Part shown: in pieces, positions 36,530 through 44,706 of the stretch | Layout of the letters: the number at the start of each line of letters is the position of its first letter | Numbering within the stretch: the stretch's first letter is position 1 | Source: an uncultured virus (IMG/VR IMGVR_UViG_3300032227_001252) | Taxonomy: Duplodnaviria; Heunggongvirae; Uroviricota; Caudoviricetes | IMG/VR virus record: IMGVR_UViG_3300032227_001252 | DNA length: 64,000 nt | Reading direction: 5' to 3' (one strand) | Translations under genes and position numbers: made by a program | Notes under the pieces: generated by a model | What the model saw: only the letters and a program-made list of their open reading frames with translations | What the model was told of the DNA's origin: nothing | The model's database searches: none

Positions 36530-36750
36530 AGGTCCTCCTTGTTCGCTTCGATCCATGCGAGGCCAGCCTTCATGGCTGCGCCCGGGGTCTCGAACCTGTC
36601 GGGACTGCGCTTGATGAGACGGTCACGATCGTCGAGCACGTCCCACGCGAAGCCTGCCCCGCAGGGCATCAGCCAGAGAGAGACGCGACAGCCCTTCGCT
36701 GCGGGCTTCGACGCGCGGTAGAACGTCCAAGAGGCGGGTACCGGATCCAT
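36526..36750 (-). CDS. hypothetical protein
   Basis: GGAGGAG RBS; first gene after the promoter at 36797. Confidence 0.55.
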   Translation of the reverse strand: MDPVPASWTFYRASKPAAKGCRVSLWLMPCGAGFAWDVLDDRDRLIKRSPDRFETPGAAMKAGLAWIEANKEDL

Positions 36751-36783
36751 GCAGGAGACTCCTCCCACCACGTACCGGCGTGT

Positions 36784-36797
36784 TTGACAACTGTCAA
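36784..36797. promoter_or_regulatory. palindromic operator TTGAC-N4-GTCAA overlapping a -35 box
   Basis: TTGACAACTGTCAA; minus strand TTGACA-N17-TACGTG. Confidence 0.7.
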
Positions 36798-36857
36798 GGC
36801 GGGGGAGCCGCCTCATGTCGATTCGGCACTCCCCCAGCCCGTCCTGCCGCGGTGCTC

Positions 36858-37151
36858 CTACAGCTTGCCGTGGAAGCTCATGGCCTTCCCGCCAGCGGCG
36901 CGGCGGGCATCCTCATCCCACCACCACGCAGCGTAGTCGGCGTTCCCTGCCCGCTCATCGTCGGGGGGCGTGCCGTTCTGCCAGAGCGCAAAGCAGAAGG
37001 GGCGGATCGTGTCGTGCAGCTTGACGAAATACTCGTCGGGAACGTGCCCCTCGATGTCGATGATCTTCGGCACGATGTTCCCGTCGCGGCCCTTCACTGC
37101 TGCCCAAATGCGCGTCGTCTCATGAGCCATGTGGCCCTCCTTGTGCAGCAT
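36858..37151 (-). CDS. hypothetical protein
   Basis: AAGGAGG RBS lies inside the ORF start, so the real start is probably the second Met. Confidence 0.5.
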   Translation of the reverse strand: MLHKEGHMAHETTRIWAAVKGRDGNIVPKIIDIEGHVPDEYFVKLHDTIRPFCFALWQNGTPPDDERAGNADYAAWWWDEDARRAAGGKAMSFHGKL

Positions 37152-37160
37152 CCAAGTAGC

Positions 37161-37556
37161 CTACTTGCAGTCCGCCGTCGCGGCATCGTGCGCCTTGATG
37201 GCGTCGAGAACTGCAGCGGTGAACTGGATGTCCTGGCAGCGCTGAGCATTGCTCTGGCCCGTGCGGACGCAATAAGCCCATGCACACTGCGCAGACATGG
37301 GGTCGCCTCCCATGTCCTTGACGCACTGGGGCGGGATCTCGACGAGAGCCGAGCGGATGGCAGCGTCGAGCACTACGGGCTTCTGCGCCTCCGCCAGGAT
37401 GTCCTTCTGGCCAGCCTCGAGAGCCTTGATGGTCTCTGTCTGCGCCTCGATCGCCTTCACAGACGCATCGGGCTTCAGACCCCACCCTGCCCCAAAGCCG
37501 ACACCCATCGCCACCACGAGCCCGATCACGAGAGCAGTCACGCTTACCTCCTTCAT
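37161..37556 (-). CDS. membrane-anchored protein next to lysin (spanin-like)
   Basis: N-terminal TM, coiled coil, Cys-rich C-terminus; TGATG-coupled to the lysin gene. Confidence 0.5.
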   Translation of the reverse strand: MKEVSVTALVIGLVVAMGVGFGAGWGLKPDASVKAIEAQTETIKALEAGQKDILAEAQKPVVLDAAIRSALVEIPPQCVKDMGGDPMSAQCAWAYCVRTGQSNAQRCQDIQFTAAVLDAIKAHDAATADCK

Positions 37557-38260
37557 CAGACGATCTTGACCTTGCGCACGACCATGGGGAGCTTCAAGTC
37601 CCAGTTTCCGGCGTCAGCGATCTCCATGAGAGCCTTCGTGCGGTAAGACGATGCCTGAACCAGAGGGTTGGGGAAGGCCAGAAGCCAGTTCTGGCGTGCG
37701 CGGATGTACGCCTTGGTCCAGGCCTTCTCATCCCCGCCGTTGGCGGGGCAGGCTTCAGAGAACATGTTGCGCATGCGGCTCACCGCTGCGGGGCCGCTCT
37801 GGATGCAGGTGTCGTAGATGACCAGCAGCGACAGGGCGTACTTCACTCCTGCCGCCTTCGCGTGGCCCAGAGCAGGGTTCATGTACTGCTCCTCGAAGAT
37901 CTCGTCCTGCGCCTTCTGCATGAGCGGGTCCGCCCCCGAAGCGGCGAGCAGGTTCATCAGACTGACGAGCCAACTGGGCCGCGCCTTGTCCGGCGGGTAC
38001 AGAGCGGTCTGGTTGCTGGCGAGGTAGGTGAGAAACGGCTTCAACGCGGCCGCGTTCTGGCCGTTCTTGGCGATGTAGCGCTGAACGACCAGATCGAGCG
38101 TCCCGCCCTTGTCCGTGCTCTGATGCTTGCCGTACGAGACGCCGGCACCATCCGCCAAGATGGTGCACGTCGAGTACGCTGACGGGCTGGGAAGGCGCCC
38201 CGTCTCAAAGATGCACAGGATGCTGTCGATCGCGCGCTTCTGGTCAGGCGTGAGTTCCAT
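37556..38260 (-). CDS. chitosanase/GH46-like lysozyme-fold endolysin
   Basis: IFETG...Y...LADGAGVSYGKHQST...DPLMQKAQD...YDTCIQSG. Confidence 0.7.
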   Translation of the reverse strand: MELTPDQKRAIDSILCIFETGRLPSPSAYSTCTILADGAGVSYGKHQSTDKGGTLDLVVQRYIAKNGQNAAALKPFLTYLASNQTALYPPDKARPSWLVSLMNLLAASGADPLMQKAQDEIFEEQYMNPALGHAKAAGVKYALSLLVIYDTCIQSGPAAVSRMRNMFSEACPANGGDEKAWTKAYIRARQNWLLAFPNPLVQASSYRTKALMEIADAGNWDLKLPMVVRKVKIV

Positions 38261-38465
38261 CTTCCGGCTCTCCAAGAGCAGAGGATAGCGCACGCCACGC
38301 CCTGTTTGCGCCGTCAGTGCCCTCGCCTGAAGCCATGGACACCTCACGCCACTTCGGGCAGTGCATGTCCAGCTCGCGGAACAGCTCGCGTGCAGCGGTT
38401 TCGATCGCGATCAACTGGCGAATTTCCAAGACGAGGCCCCTGCGAAGGGGCGGACGCTCCATCAT
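38244..38465 (-). CDS. hypothetical protein
   Basis: Coupled small ORF. Confidence 0.45.
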   Translation of the reverse strand: MMERPPLRRGLVLEIRQLIAIETAARELFRELDMHCPKWREVSMASGEGTDGANRAWRALSSALGEPEDGTHA

Positions 38466-38677
38466 CCCGGATCCCCCATGCGGTGCATCAGGGCCTTCAT
38501 GGCCGTGCGGTGGGCATCGCGGACTGTCCGAAGTTCAACCTCTGCAGCGTCGAGAGCGGTCATGCCCGCGATAACGGTCGCGTCAACCTCGGCCACGTCG
38601 AGGTCTGTCTGGTCGTACTTGATGCGGGTGAGCAGGCGCTGGAGGGCCTGGCGTGCTGTTTGGATGTGCGTTTCCAT
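38462..38677 (-). CDS. hypothetical helical protein
   Basis: METHIQTARQALQRLL...; coupled. Confidence 0.45.
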   Translation of the reverse strand: METHIQTARQALQRLLTRIKYDQTDLDVAEVDATVIAGMTALDAAEVELRTVRDAHRTAMKALMHRMGDPG

Positions 38678-38693
38678 CCAGTCAATGTCACAC

Positions 38694-39029
38694 CTACGGG
38701 GATTCCTGACCACCGTCGGGAGCACTCTTTTTGGCCAGTTCTTCGATCCACGCGGGCAGTTCCGCGCTGAACTTGCTGTAGTCTCGGTCAGGCTTCGCAG
38801 CCCACTCTGACTTCGCCCAGGCCTCCGCGATCGCACGCCACGTCTTGATGTCGAGCTTCACCGTGAGCGAAGAGCGATCCGGGGCCGCGTTGTCGCGCCA
38901 GTCAGGACCTCCTACCGCAAGAGCCGCCTCGAACTTCGTGTCCAGTTGCAGGTACACGTTGGATGTGTCGAAGCACTCCTCGTAGAGGTGGAAGTCGTCG
39001 TTGTGTCCGATCGTGCACCTGGTGCTCAT
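38694..39029 (-). CDS. hypothetical protein
   Basis: MSTRCTI...FHLYEECFD...VYLQL; ATGA overlap. Confidence 0.55.
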   Translation of the reverse strand: MSTRCTIGHNDDFHLYEECFDTSNVYLQLDTKFEAALAVGGPDWRDNAAPDRSSLTVKLDIKTWRAIAEAWAKSEWAAKPDRDYSKFSAELPAWIEELAKKSAPDGGQESP

Positions 39030-40903
39030 TCCCAGTCGTCCTCTCCGTCAAGTTCGTCGTCCGCAGCAGTCTGAGCGGATGCCTTCGCGACCTTGGCGAG
39101 GATCTTGTCGGCGAAGACATCCGGGTTTTCTTGACTGTCGAACCCTGCGATCACGTCCTTGGCGGCTGCCAGTTCTTCGTCCTTTGCCACCTGCTCTACA
39201 GCAGGCAGTTTGCGGATGAGGATGTCTGCGACGTGCTCGTCGACTGATCCCTCCGCGACTACATAGTAGATAGTGACAGGGCGCTTCTGCCCAAGTCGGC
39301 AGAAACGGCCCTCCCACTGTCGGATCTGTCCGGGCGTGTACGGGAGCATGACAAACAGCGCCGCGTCGGTGTCCTGCATGTTCAGAGACTCGCCGAAGCT
39401 GTCGCCTGTACCGACAAGAACACAGGGTCCAGGATGGGCCATGTAATCCAACACGATGTTCGAGCGCTCCTCTGAGCTGTTGTCACCGTGTGCAGCCCAG
39501 ACACTCGCACCCTTCGCCTTGACTGCGTCAGACTTGCGGATGATCTCGCCGAGGACGTCAACGTCCTTCCTGCGGCCCGTGAACAGGACGATCTTCCCGC
39601 CCGCGTAGACGTGATCCTCGATCAGACCGAGGACAGCCTTACGCTTCCGGCTGGCTGCTTCCGCCAGTTTGACCTCGAGGACTGCCGTAGCTCCGCGCTT
39701 CTGAGCGTCCTTCAGTTCCTTGGCAAAACCGGCGGACGGCGGGATCTGATCCTCCGCTCCAACGTACACAGACTGCCGACGCTTCGGGGGAAGCTGACGG
39801 TGCGTCGTTGCGTACGCGATGTGGTGCGTGACGAGACTGAGCCGCTGGGTCAGTTCGGGGATGTTGCTCTGACCCGTCGTGTCGAAGCCCCCGTACATGC
39901 CGGGCTTGCGGTCTGCATAGCGATCCAGCCAGCACGTCGCACTCCCCCATGCGTCCGGCTCCACGATGTCGAGCTGCGCCCACAGGTCACGAACCCGATC
40001 CTTCACGGGCGTGGCCGTGGTGGCGCAGCGACGCCAGGCGGCTCTCGCGAGCCGGGCGGCTGCCGTGGCCGTGTTGTCGAGCGGGAGGATCATGACCCGC
40101 TGTCCGTCCTTATCGGAGATGAAGCCCTTTCGGGAGCGGGCCTCCGCGTCCTGGTCAGCGGCCTGCTTGATGGCGGCCTTCGGATCCTCGGGCAGTTCAG
40201 GCAGGGGGATGGACTCCCACCGCTTCGAGGACTTGCCAAGATGCGCCTCGTCCCAGATGACCGCGGCGGGGCGCATGTCGGCCAGCTTGTCGATGTAGAG
40301 CTGGAGGCTTTCCCACGCGGCTACGACCACATGGCGCTTCTCATCGGAACGGAGGTAGTCGTCCAGCGTCTCGGCCTTCTTCTTCATCGTGGACGTGGGG
40401 CGGATGACGTAGGGCCGGCACTTCGTGTACTTCTCCCACTCGCGGGCGTACTGGAAGCGGGCCGCTGCACGGGTGATGACGATGACCGGGCCTGGCACGA
40501 GCAGGCTCCAGAGGATCGCCGAGCAGGTCTTTCCGGCTCCAGTCGGATGCCAGAAGTGCACACCGCGGCGGGCCGCGCCCACCCCCAGCGCCTCCTTCTG
40601 GTACTCCATGAGGTAGCCGTCCTCGAGGAACTCCTCGCGCACCTCTCCGCCTTCGCGGAGGGTGCGCCTGACGACCTCCCACGTCCAGGTCTCCGGCGGC
40701 GGGCTCGCCCACGTCGCGCTGAGCAGTTGAACCCCGTGACCCTGGAGGATCACGTCGAAGGGCGCGAGGGCGTGGTGCGGCACGACGTAGAGCCCCTTCT
40801 GGAAGCGCACCCCGGGGATGCGGACGAGCAGGGCTTGAACGTCCGCGGGGTGAGGCTTCAGGGCGATCTTGGCGTAGGCGCAGGCAGGTTCGGAGGGCGG
40901 CAT
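39026..40903 (-). CDS. SNF2-family helicase/translocase
   Basis: EYQKE, PTGAGKT, WDEAH, TATP, LWAQL, GESLN, QWEGRFCRLGQ. Confidence 0.88.
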   Translation of the reverse strand: MPPSEPACAYAKIALKPHPADVQALLVRIPGVRFQKGLYVVPHHALAPFDVILQGHGVQLLSATWASPPPETWTWEVVRRTLREGGEVREEFLEDGYLMEYQKEALGVGAARRGVHFWHPTGAGKTCSAILWSLLVPGPVIVITRAAARFQYAREWEKYTKCRPYVIRPTSTMKKKAETLDDYLRSDEKRHVVVAAWESLQLYIDKLADMRPAAVIWDEAHLGKSSKRWESIPLPELPEDPKAAIKQAADQDAEARSRKGFISDKDGQRVMILPLDNTATAAARLARAAWRRCATTATPVKDRVRDLWAQLDIVEPDAWGSATCWLDRYADRKPGMYGGFDTTGQSNIPELTQRLSLVTHHIAYATTHRQLPPKRRQSVYVGAEDQIPPSAGFAKELKDAQKRGATAVLEVKLAEAASRKRKAVLGLIEDHVYAGGKIVLFTGRRKDVDVLGEIIRKSDAVKAKGASVWAAHGDNSSEERSNIVLDYMAHPGPCVLVGTGDSFGESLNMQDTDAALFVMLPYTPGQIRQWEGRFCRLGQKRPVTIYYVVAEGSVDEHVADILIRKLPAVEQVAKDEELAAAKDVIAGFDSQENPDVFADKILAKVAKASAQTAADDELDGEDDWE

Positions 40904-40926
40904 GCCCTACGGGGTAACCGACGACT

Positions 40927-40940
40927 TTGACGGTTGTCAA
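40927..40940. promoter_or_regulatory. palindromic operator TTGAC-N4-GTCAA in the divergent SNF2/tRNA intergenic region
   Basis: TTGACGGTTGTCAA. Confidence 0.7.
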
Positions 40941-40957
40941 CTCGTGCGCGGTTCCAC

Positions 40958-40986
40958 TTGACGCCGAGCCTCGTTGCGGCTACTCC
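40958..40986 (+). promoter_or_regulatory. sigma70-like promoter for the tRNA cluster
   Basis: TTGACG-N17-TACTCC, ending 8 nt before the first tRNA-like gene. Confidence 0.55.
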
Positions 40987-40994
40987 ATCTGCGA

Positions 40995-41072
40995 GCATCG
41001 GAAGCATCGGCGGTGATGCGCCAGGCGTAATGAACCTGGAGTCGGCGAGTTCGACCCTCGCACGGTGCACCA
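40995..41072 (+). tRNA. non-canonical tRNA-like gene with 9-nt anticodon loop (identity undetermined)
   Basis: Acceptor GCATCGG/ACGGTGC-A-CCA, D stem GCAT/ATGC, anticodon stem CCAGG/CCTGG with loop CGTAATGAA, T arm GCGAG-TTCGACC-CTCGC. Confidence 0.7.
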
Positions 41073-41076
41073 CTTT

Positions 41077-41152
41077 GGGGGATTAGCTCAGCTGGGAGAG
41101 CGCGAGCTTTGCAAGCTCGATGTCATCGGTTCGATCCCGATATCCTCCACCA
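41077..41152 (+). tRNA. tRNA-Ala(TGC)
   Basis: Cloverleaf, G3:U70 pair, loop TTTGCAA, CCA end. Confidence 0.95.
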
Positions 41153-41160
41153 CTTCAAGC

Positions 41161-41235
<75 letters not shown>

Positions 41236-41239
41236 GTAC

Positions 41240-41313
41240 AGGGGCGTCGCCAAGCGGTAAGGCAACAGGTTCTGACCCTGTGACCGTAGGTTCGAATCCT
41301 TCCGCCCCTACCA
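41240..41313 (+). tRNA. tRNA-Gln(CTG)
   Basis: AGGGGCG/CGCCCCT acceptor, ACAGG-TTCTGAC-CCTGT, CCA end. Confidence 0.92.
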
Positions 41314-41377
41314 TCCTGCACGACATCCAGGACTGACGTGACCATCTCGAACCATTGACCTGATCTCGGAGGCGGCC

Positions 41378-42064
41378 ATGGGCCTGCTGCGTAAGCTCTT
41401 CTGCAAAGAGGAGCCGCAGCCGGCTCCGCTCCCCGAACCCGCGCCGCTGGCAGACGATCGGCCTGTCTACGTCGCTCGAAGTCCGGTGACCTACCGGAAT
41501 GACTGCACCTGCGTGATGTGCGGCCGCATCGAATCTGTGAGAGGCTACAGCGCCGACCGCGGGGGCTGGAAGACCTTCCACGGATGTGGCTTCCCTGCTG
41601 GCGGTGTTGAGGCGTGCCCCTCCTGCCGCGAGGCTGTCGCCTCGTGGATCTCTGACGTTGAACGCCACAACGCAGCCAGGGACTTGCGCCAGCGCGCCAA
41701 CCGGACTCCGGCCTATGCTGCCCAGAGGGCTTGGGATGCAGCGAACCCGGCCCCGGCGTACACCTACAGGCCTTCCACGTTCATCTTCGTCCGACGCACG
41801 ACCTGCGGCGCGTGCGGGCGGGCGGAGGACCACGAAGGGAAACAGCACGAACTGCCGTCATGGCCTGACGGCTGGCAGCGCGTGACGCCGCGCCACGGCC
41901 CTGTGGTTTGCCCAGACTGCTACGAGAAGCACGAACCCCTGCGCGAAGCCCAGAAGAAGTGGGCCGCGGAACGGGACTTGTGGGTCGGAGGCTTCTTCCG
42001 GGCCGCGGACGAGGGGCTGCCCCCGGCTCAGAAGCTCAAACTCCCGAGCCGATGGAAGTCCTGA
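41378..42064 (+). CDS. Cys-rich (four CxxC) hypothetical protein
   Basis: GGAGG RBS; CVMC, CPSC, CGAC, CPDC in two repeated units. Confidence 0.65.
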   Translation: MGLLRKLFCKEEPQPAPLPEPAPLADDRPVYVARSPVTYRNDCTCVMCGRIESVRGYSADRGGWKTFHGCGFPAGGVEACPSCREAVASWISDVERHNAARDLRQRANRTPAYAAQRAWDAANPAPAYTYRPSTFIFVRRTTCGACGRAEDHEGKQHELPSWPDGWQRVTPRHGPVVCPDCYEKHEPLREAQKKWAAERDLWVGGFFRAADEGLPPAQKLKLPSRWKS

Positions 42065-42550
42065 CTACTTCCACTGCTCGAGTGAGAGCGCGTGCTGAGA
42101 CCAGAACTTCCGCGCACTCTCCACGTCGCGGTTGCTCGGGTCGTCCGGGTGCTGCGGCGCGAGGGGCCCTCCGTATACGGTAAAGAGGACGATCTTGCTC
42201 GGGTCGGCCTGATCGGGCATCCCCAGAGCCTGAACGTAGTTGACCGGGCGTGTAGGCCAGGAGACCACACGGTCGGCCCAAGGGCGGTCGCCGCGAGGAC
42301 GGTAGCTCACCGCCGACTCGGGCACCGGAGCGTCTCCCGATGCAGGTCCGTAGAGCGCGTTACGAACAGAGCCGAGGGCTCGCGGAAGTTGGATCGTTTT
42401 GATGAAGAAGGTCTTGGGGTCGTCCGCTGCAATCTGCGCCTGGATGTAGGCCATCTGCTCGGGCTTGATGCCGTGGTCAGCGTGGTAGACCGTAAAACTG
42501 GACGGGTTACGACGGAGGCGCGCAGTGGTGCGAAGAAGAGGCAGGCTCAT
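42065..42550 (-). CDS. hypothetical protein with MSLPLL...LRRNP leader
   Basis: AAGGAG RBS; FTVYGGPLAP...FWSQHAL. Confidence 0.7.
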   Translation of the reverse strand: MSLPLLRTTARLRRNPSSFTVYHADHGIKPEQMAYIQAQIAADDPKTFFIKTIQLPRALGSVRNALYGPASGDAPVPESAVSYRPRGDRPWADRVVSWPTRPVNYVQALGMPDQADPSKIVLFTVYGGPLAPQHPDDPSNRDVESARKFWSQHALSLEQWK

Positions 42551-42577
42551 TGCGAAGGTACTCCTTGAGGGTTCAGA

Positions 42578-43765
42578 TCAACGCTCTGCCCGCTTGCGCA
42601 GCATGGCCAGACCGCGATCCGCGGTGAGAGTGAGTGTGGCACGCGCAGCACGCACTGCGTTCTCGAGCGCGGCCTCCCGAAGCTGCGACCAGACCTGCTG
42701 GTAGGCTCCTACATTCTCGAAGGCACTCTCCACCGCACGAAGAAAGCGCTGCCAGTCTCTGGACTCCGCCGCGTGCATGATCTCGCGGGCGTCGTAGTCC
42801 ACCTGATCTGCCATGCTCTGCTTGACCTTACCAACGTACGCCCGGCGCTCCTCAACCGTTTCTTTCCAGGTCGGGTTCGACTTCACCGCCGGGCGGTAGG
42901 CCTTGTTGATGTAGTCGAGGTCGAACCAGAAGGAGAGGATGTTCGAGCCCGCGGGGGTGTCCCAGTAGTAGCTCCCCCGCTCGTTGTTGTGGCTGTAGTC
43001 AGCGCCGTATCCGCCGCGCTGCACCCCGACGGGATTGACACCCTCTGACTGAAGGTACTCCACCGCAGTCCTCTTGAACGCATCGCGTCCGGGTCCAGTC
43101 TTGATGGCGGTGTAGGTCTTGTTGGGGTGAATGTGAACCCAGTACCCGTAGTTGGAGGTGGGGGCGCGGGGGTTCTTCTTCCGGCTGACAGCGGTATCTG
43201 GGTACTGGCCGCTCTGCGCCCAGGTGCCCCAGCGGATCGGGCGGCTCAAGCCAGGGCCGTTGATCCAGTAGTCGTTCCTCTTAGGCGAGAGCGTGGCCGA
43301 GAAGATGTCACCGTTAGGGAGGCGAATCGCAGCCATCTTTTGGTGGTCGCGGCCTGCTGTGATGTCTTCAGCACCTCGGGTATCGACCTTCTCGAGGACG
43401 AGGAACACCGCCAGCGCCTGCAGGGCCGCGTCGGACTCCTCGAACCAAACGGTCTTGGGCTTCTTCGCCTCCACGCCCGTCTTCAGGTCGCGGTAGACGG
43501 TGTGGCCGGTCTGGCCCATTCGCCGGAGTTCGGAGTGGAACGGAGGCGCTTGAAAGCCAAAGTCCTTCAAAGGGTTCTCTTCGTACTTCACGACGCGACC
43601 CTTCGGGCTCTGGCTCCCGAGCATGGTGAGCGAGCCGTCAGCGCCTCGGCGGTACGCGAAGACGTGAACCCCGTGAGCGCGCGCCAGCTCGCGGGCCTTG
43701 TTCAGGTCAGGGATTTCAGCGCCCTTCGGCGTGACGCCAGGAACGGCGTAGACGACGTTGCTCAC
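42578..43765 (-). CDS. multi-module hypothetical protein punctuated by NP motifs
   Basis: EENP, RKKNP and KSNP separate blocks of about 60-130 aa. Confidence 0.7.
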   Translation of the reverse strand: MSNVVYAVPGVTPKGAEIPDLNKARELARAHGVHVFAYRRGADGSLTMLGSQSPKGRVVKYEENPLKDFGFQAPPFHSELRRMGQTGHTVYRDLKTGVEAKKPKTVWFEESDAALQALAVFLVLEKVDTRGAEDITAGRDHQKMAAIRLPNGDIFSATLSPKRNDYWINGPGLSRPIRWGTWAQSGQYPDTAVSRKKNPRAPTSNYGYWVHIHPNKTYTAIKTGPGRDAFKRTAVEYLQSEGVNPVGVQRGGYGADYSHNNERGSYYWDTPAGSNILSFWFDLDYINKAYRPAVKSNPTWKETVEERRAYVGKVKQSMADQVDYDAREIMHAAESRDWQRFLRAVESAFENVGAYQQVWSQLREAALENAVRAARATLTLTADRGLAMLRKRAER

Positions 43766-43777
43766 ATCACACCCCGA

Positions 43778-44266
43778 CTAGAAGTTGTACCCGAACGGGT
43801 TGCCCTTGATGCGAACCGCTTCGAAGAGACCCTCGGGCGCGGCCGTGCGGGACTTCGGGGTGTAACCACGGAGCTTCCCGGCCTTCTCATCGGCCCACGC
43901 CACGCGGATGGCCTCGCCCGGGTACCAGCCGAGTTCTTGCATCAGGTCGCGAGCGTAGCTCATGACCCGGCGCGAACGCTCGACGTGAGCCTTGCGCTTG
44001 TCCGACCAGCCGGCCTCACGCTGACGCTTCGCGTCACCCTTCTGACGCTTGTAGAGCGTGCCCTGCTTGGTGACGAGGCGGCCTTCAGCGTCGCGTGCAC
44101 GGGCAGCACGAGCCGCCGGCGTGGAAGCCGCAGCCGCAGCTGCATCGGGGTTCACGCGGTTGATCGCGCGGCGGAGAAGCTCGCGGCTCGCAGCGGGGTT
44201 GCCACGGGCTGCGCTGTGCTCCAGCTCCTGATGGGACATGTTGAACGGGTTCGAGCGCATCCGCAT
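43778..44266 (-). CDS. highly basic small protein with four [RK]xNP motifs
   Basis: RSNP, RGNP, RVNP, KGNP; Arg/Lys/Ala-rich. Confidence 0.7.
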   Translation of the reverse strand: MRMRSNPFNMSHQELEHSAARGNPAASRELLRRAINRVNPDAAAAAASTPAARAARARDAEGRLVTKQGTLYKRQKGDAKRQREAGWSDKRKAHVERSRRVMSYARDLMQELGWYPGEAIRVAWADEKAGKLRGYTPKSRTAAPEGLFEAVRIKGNPFGYNF

Positions 44267-44268
44267 GA

Positions 44269-44706
44269 CTACCCCTTACGAGCCTTCTGGGCCTTCTGGA
44301 TGTTGATGGCAGCGGCAGCCACGAAGGCAGTGCCCTGCAGGAAAGAAACGGCACGAAGCAGCATCTGGTCGCTGGGGAGCTTCCACGCGGCGTAGTAGTT
44401 CACACCGGCTGCGACACCCATCCCACCTGCCCAGGTGTAGTAGTAGGTCGACGTGCGGCCCGGCGTGGGGATCGTGAGGCCCTGCCAGTACCCGACCGCG
44501 GCCCCGCGGGCGTTGCTGATCGCTTCCCCGGCCTGCTCACGAACCATCTGCCCGAGCGGGTTCGCGGGGTTCATCATGACGTCAGCGATTGCCGTCGTCA
44601 CGGTGTCCTGAATGAACTCCTGCGTCTCCATGGAAGGAGCAGCAAGGGGAAGCCCCGAAGGGGTGTCCACCGCAGCGAGTGCGGTGGTGGTGTCGTCAGC
44701 GGCCAC
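44269..44706 (-). CDS. putative membrane protein
   Basis: GAGG RBS before GTG 44706; two hydrophobic C-terminal segments and a basic tail. Confidence 0.55.
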   Translation of the reverse strand: MAADDTTTALAAVDTPSGLPLAAPSMETQEFIQDTVTTAIADVMMNPANPLGQMVREQAGEAISNARGAAVGYWQGLTIPTPGRTSTYYYTWAGGMGVAAGVNYYAAWKLPSDQMLLRAVSFLQGTAFVAAAAINIQKAQKARKG

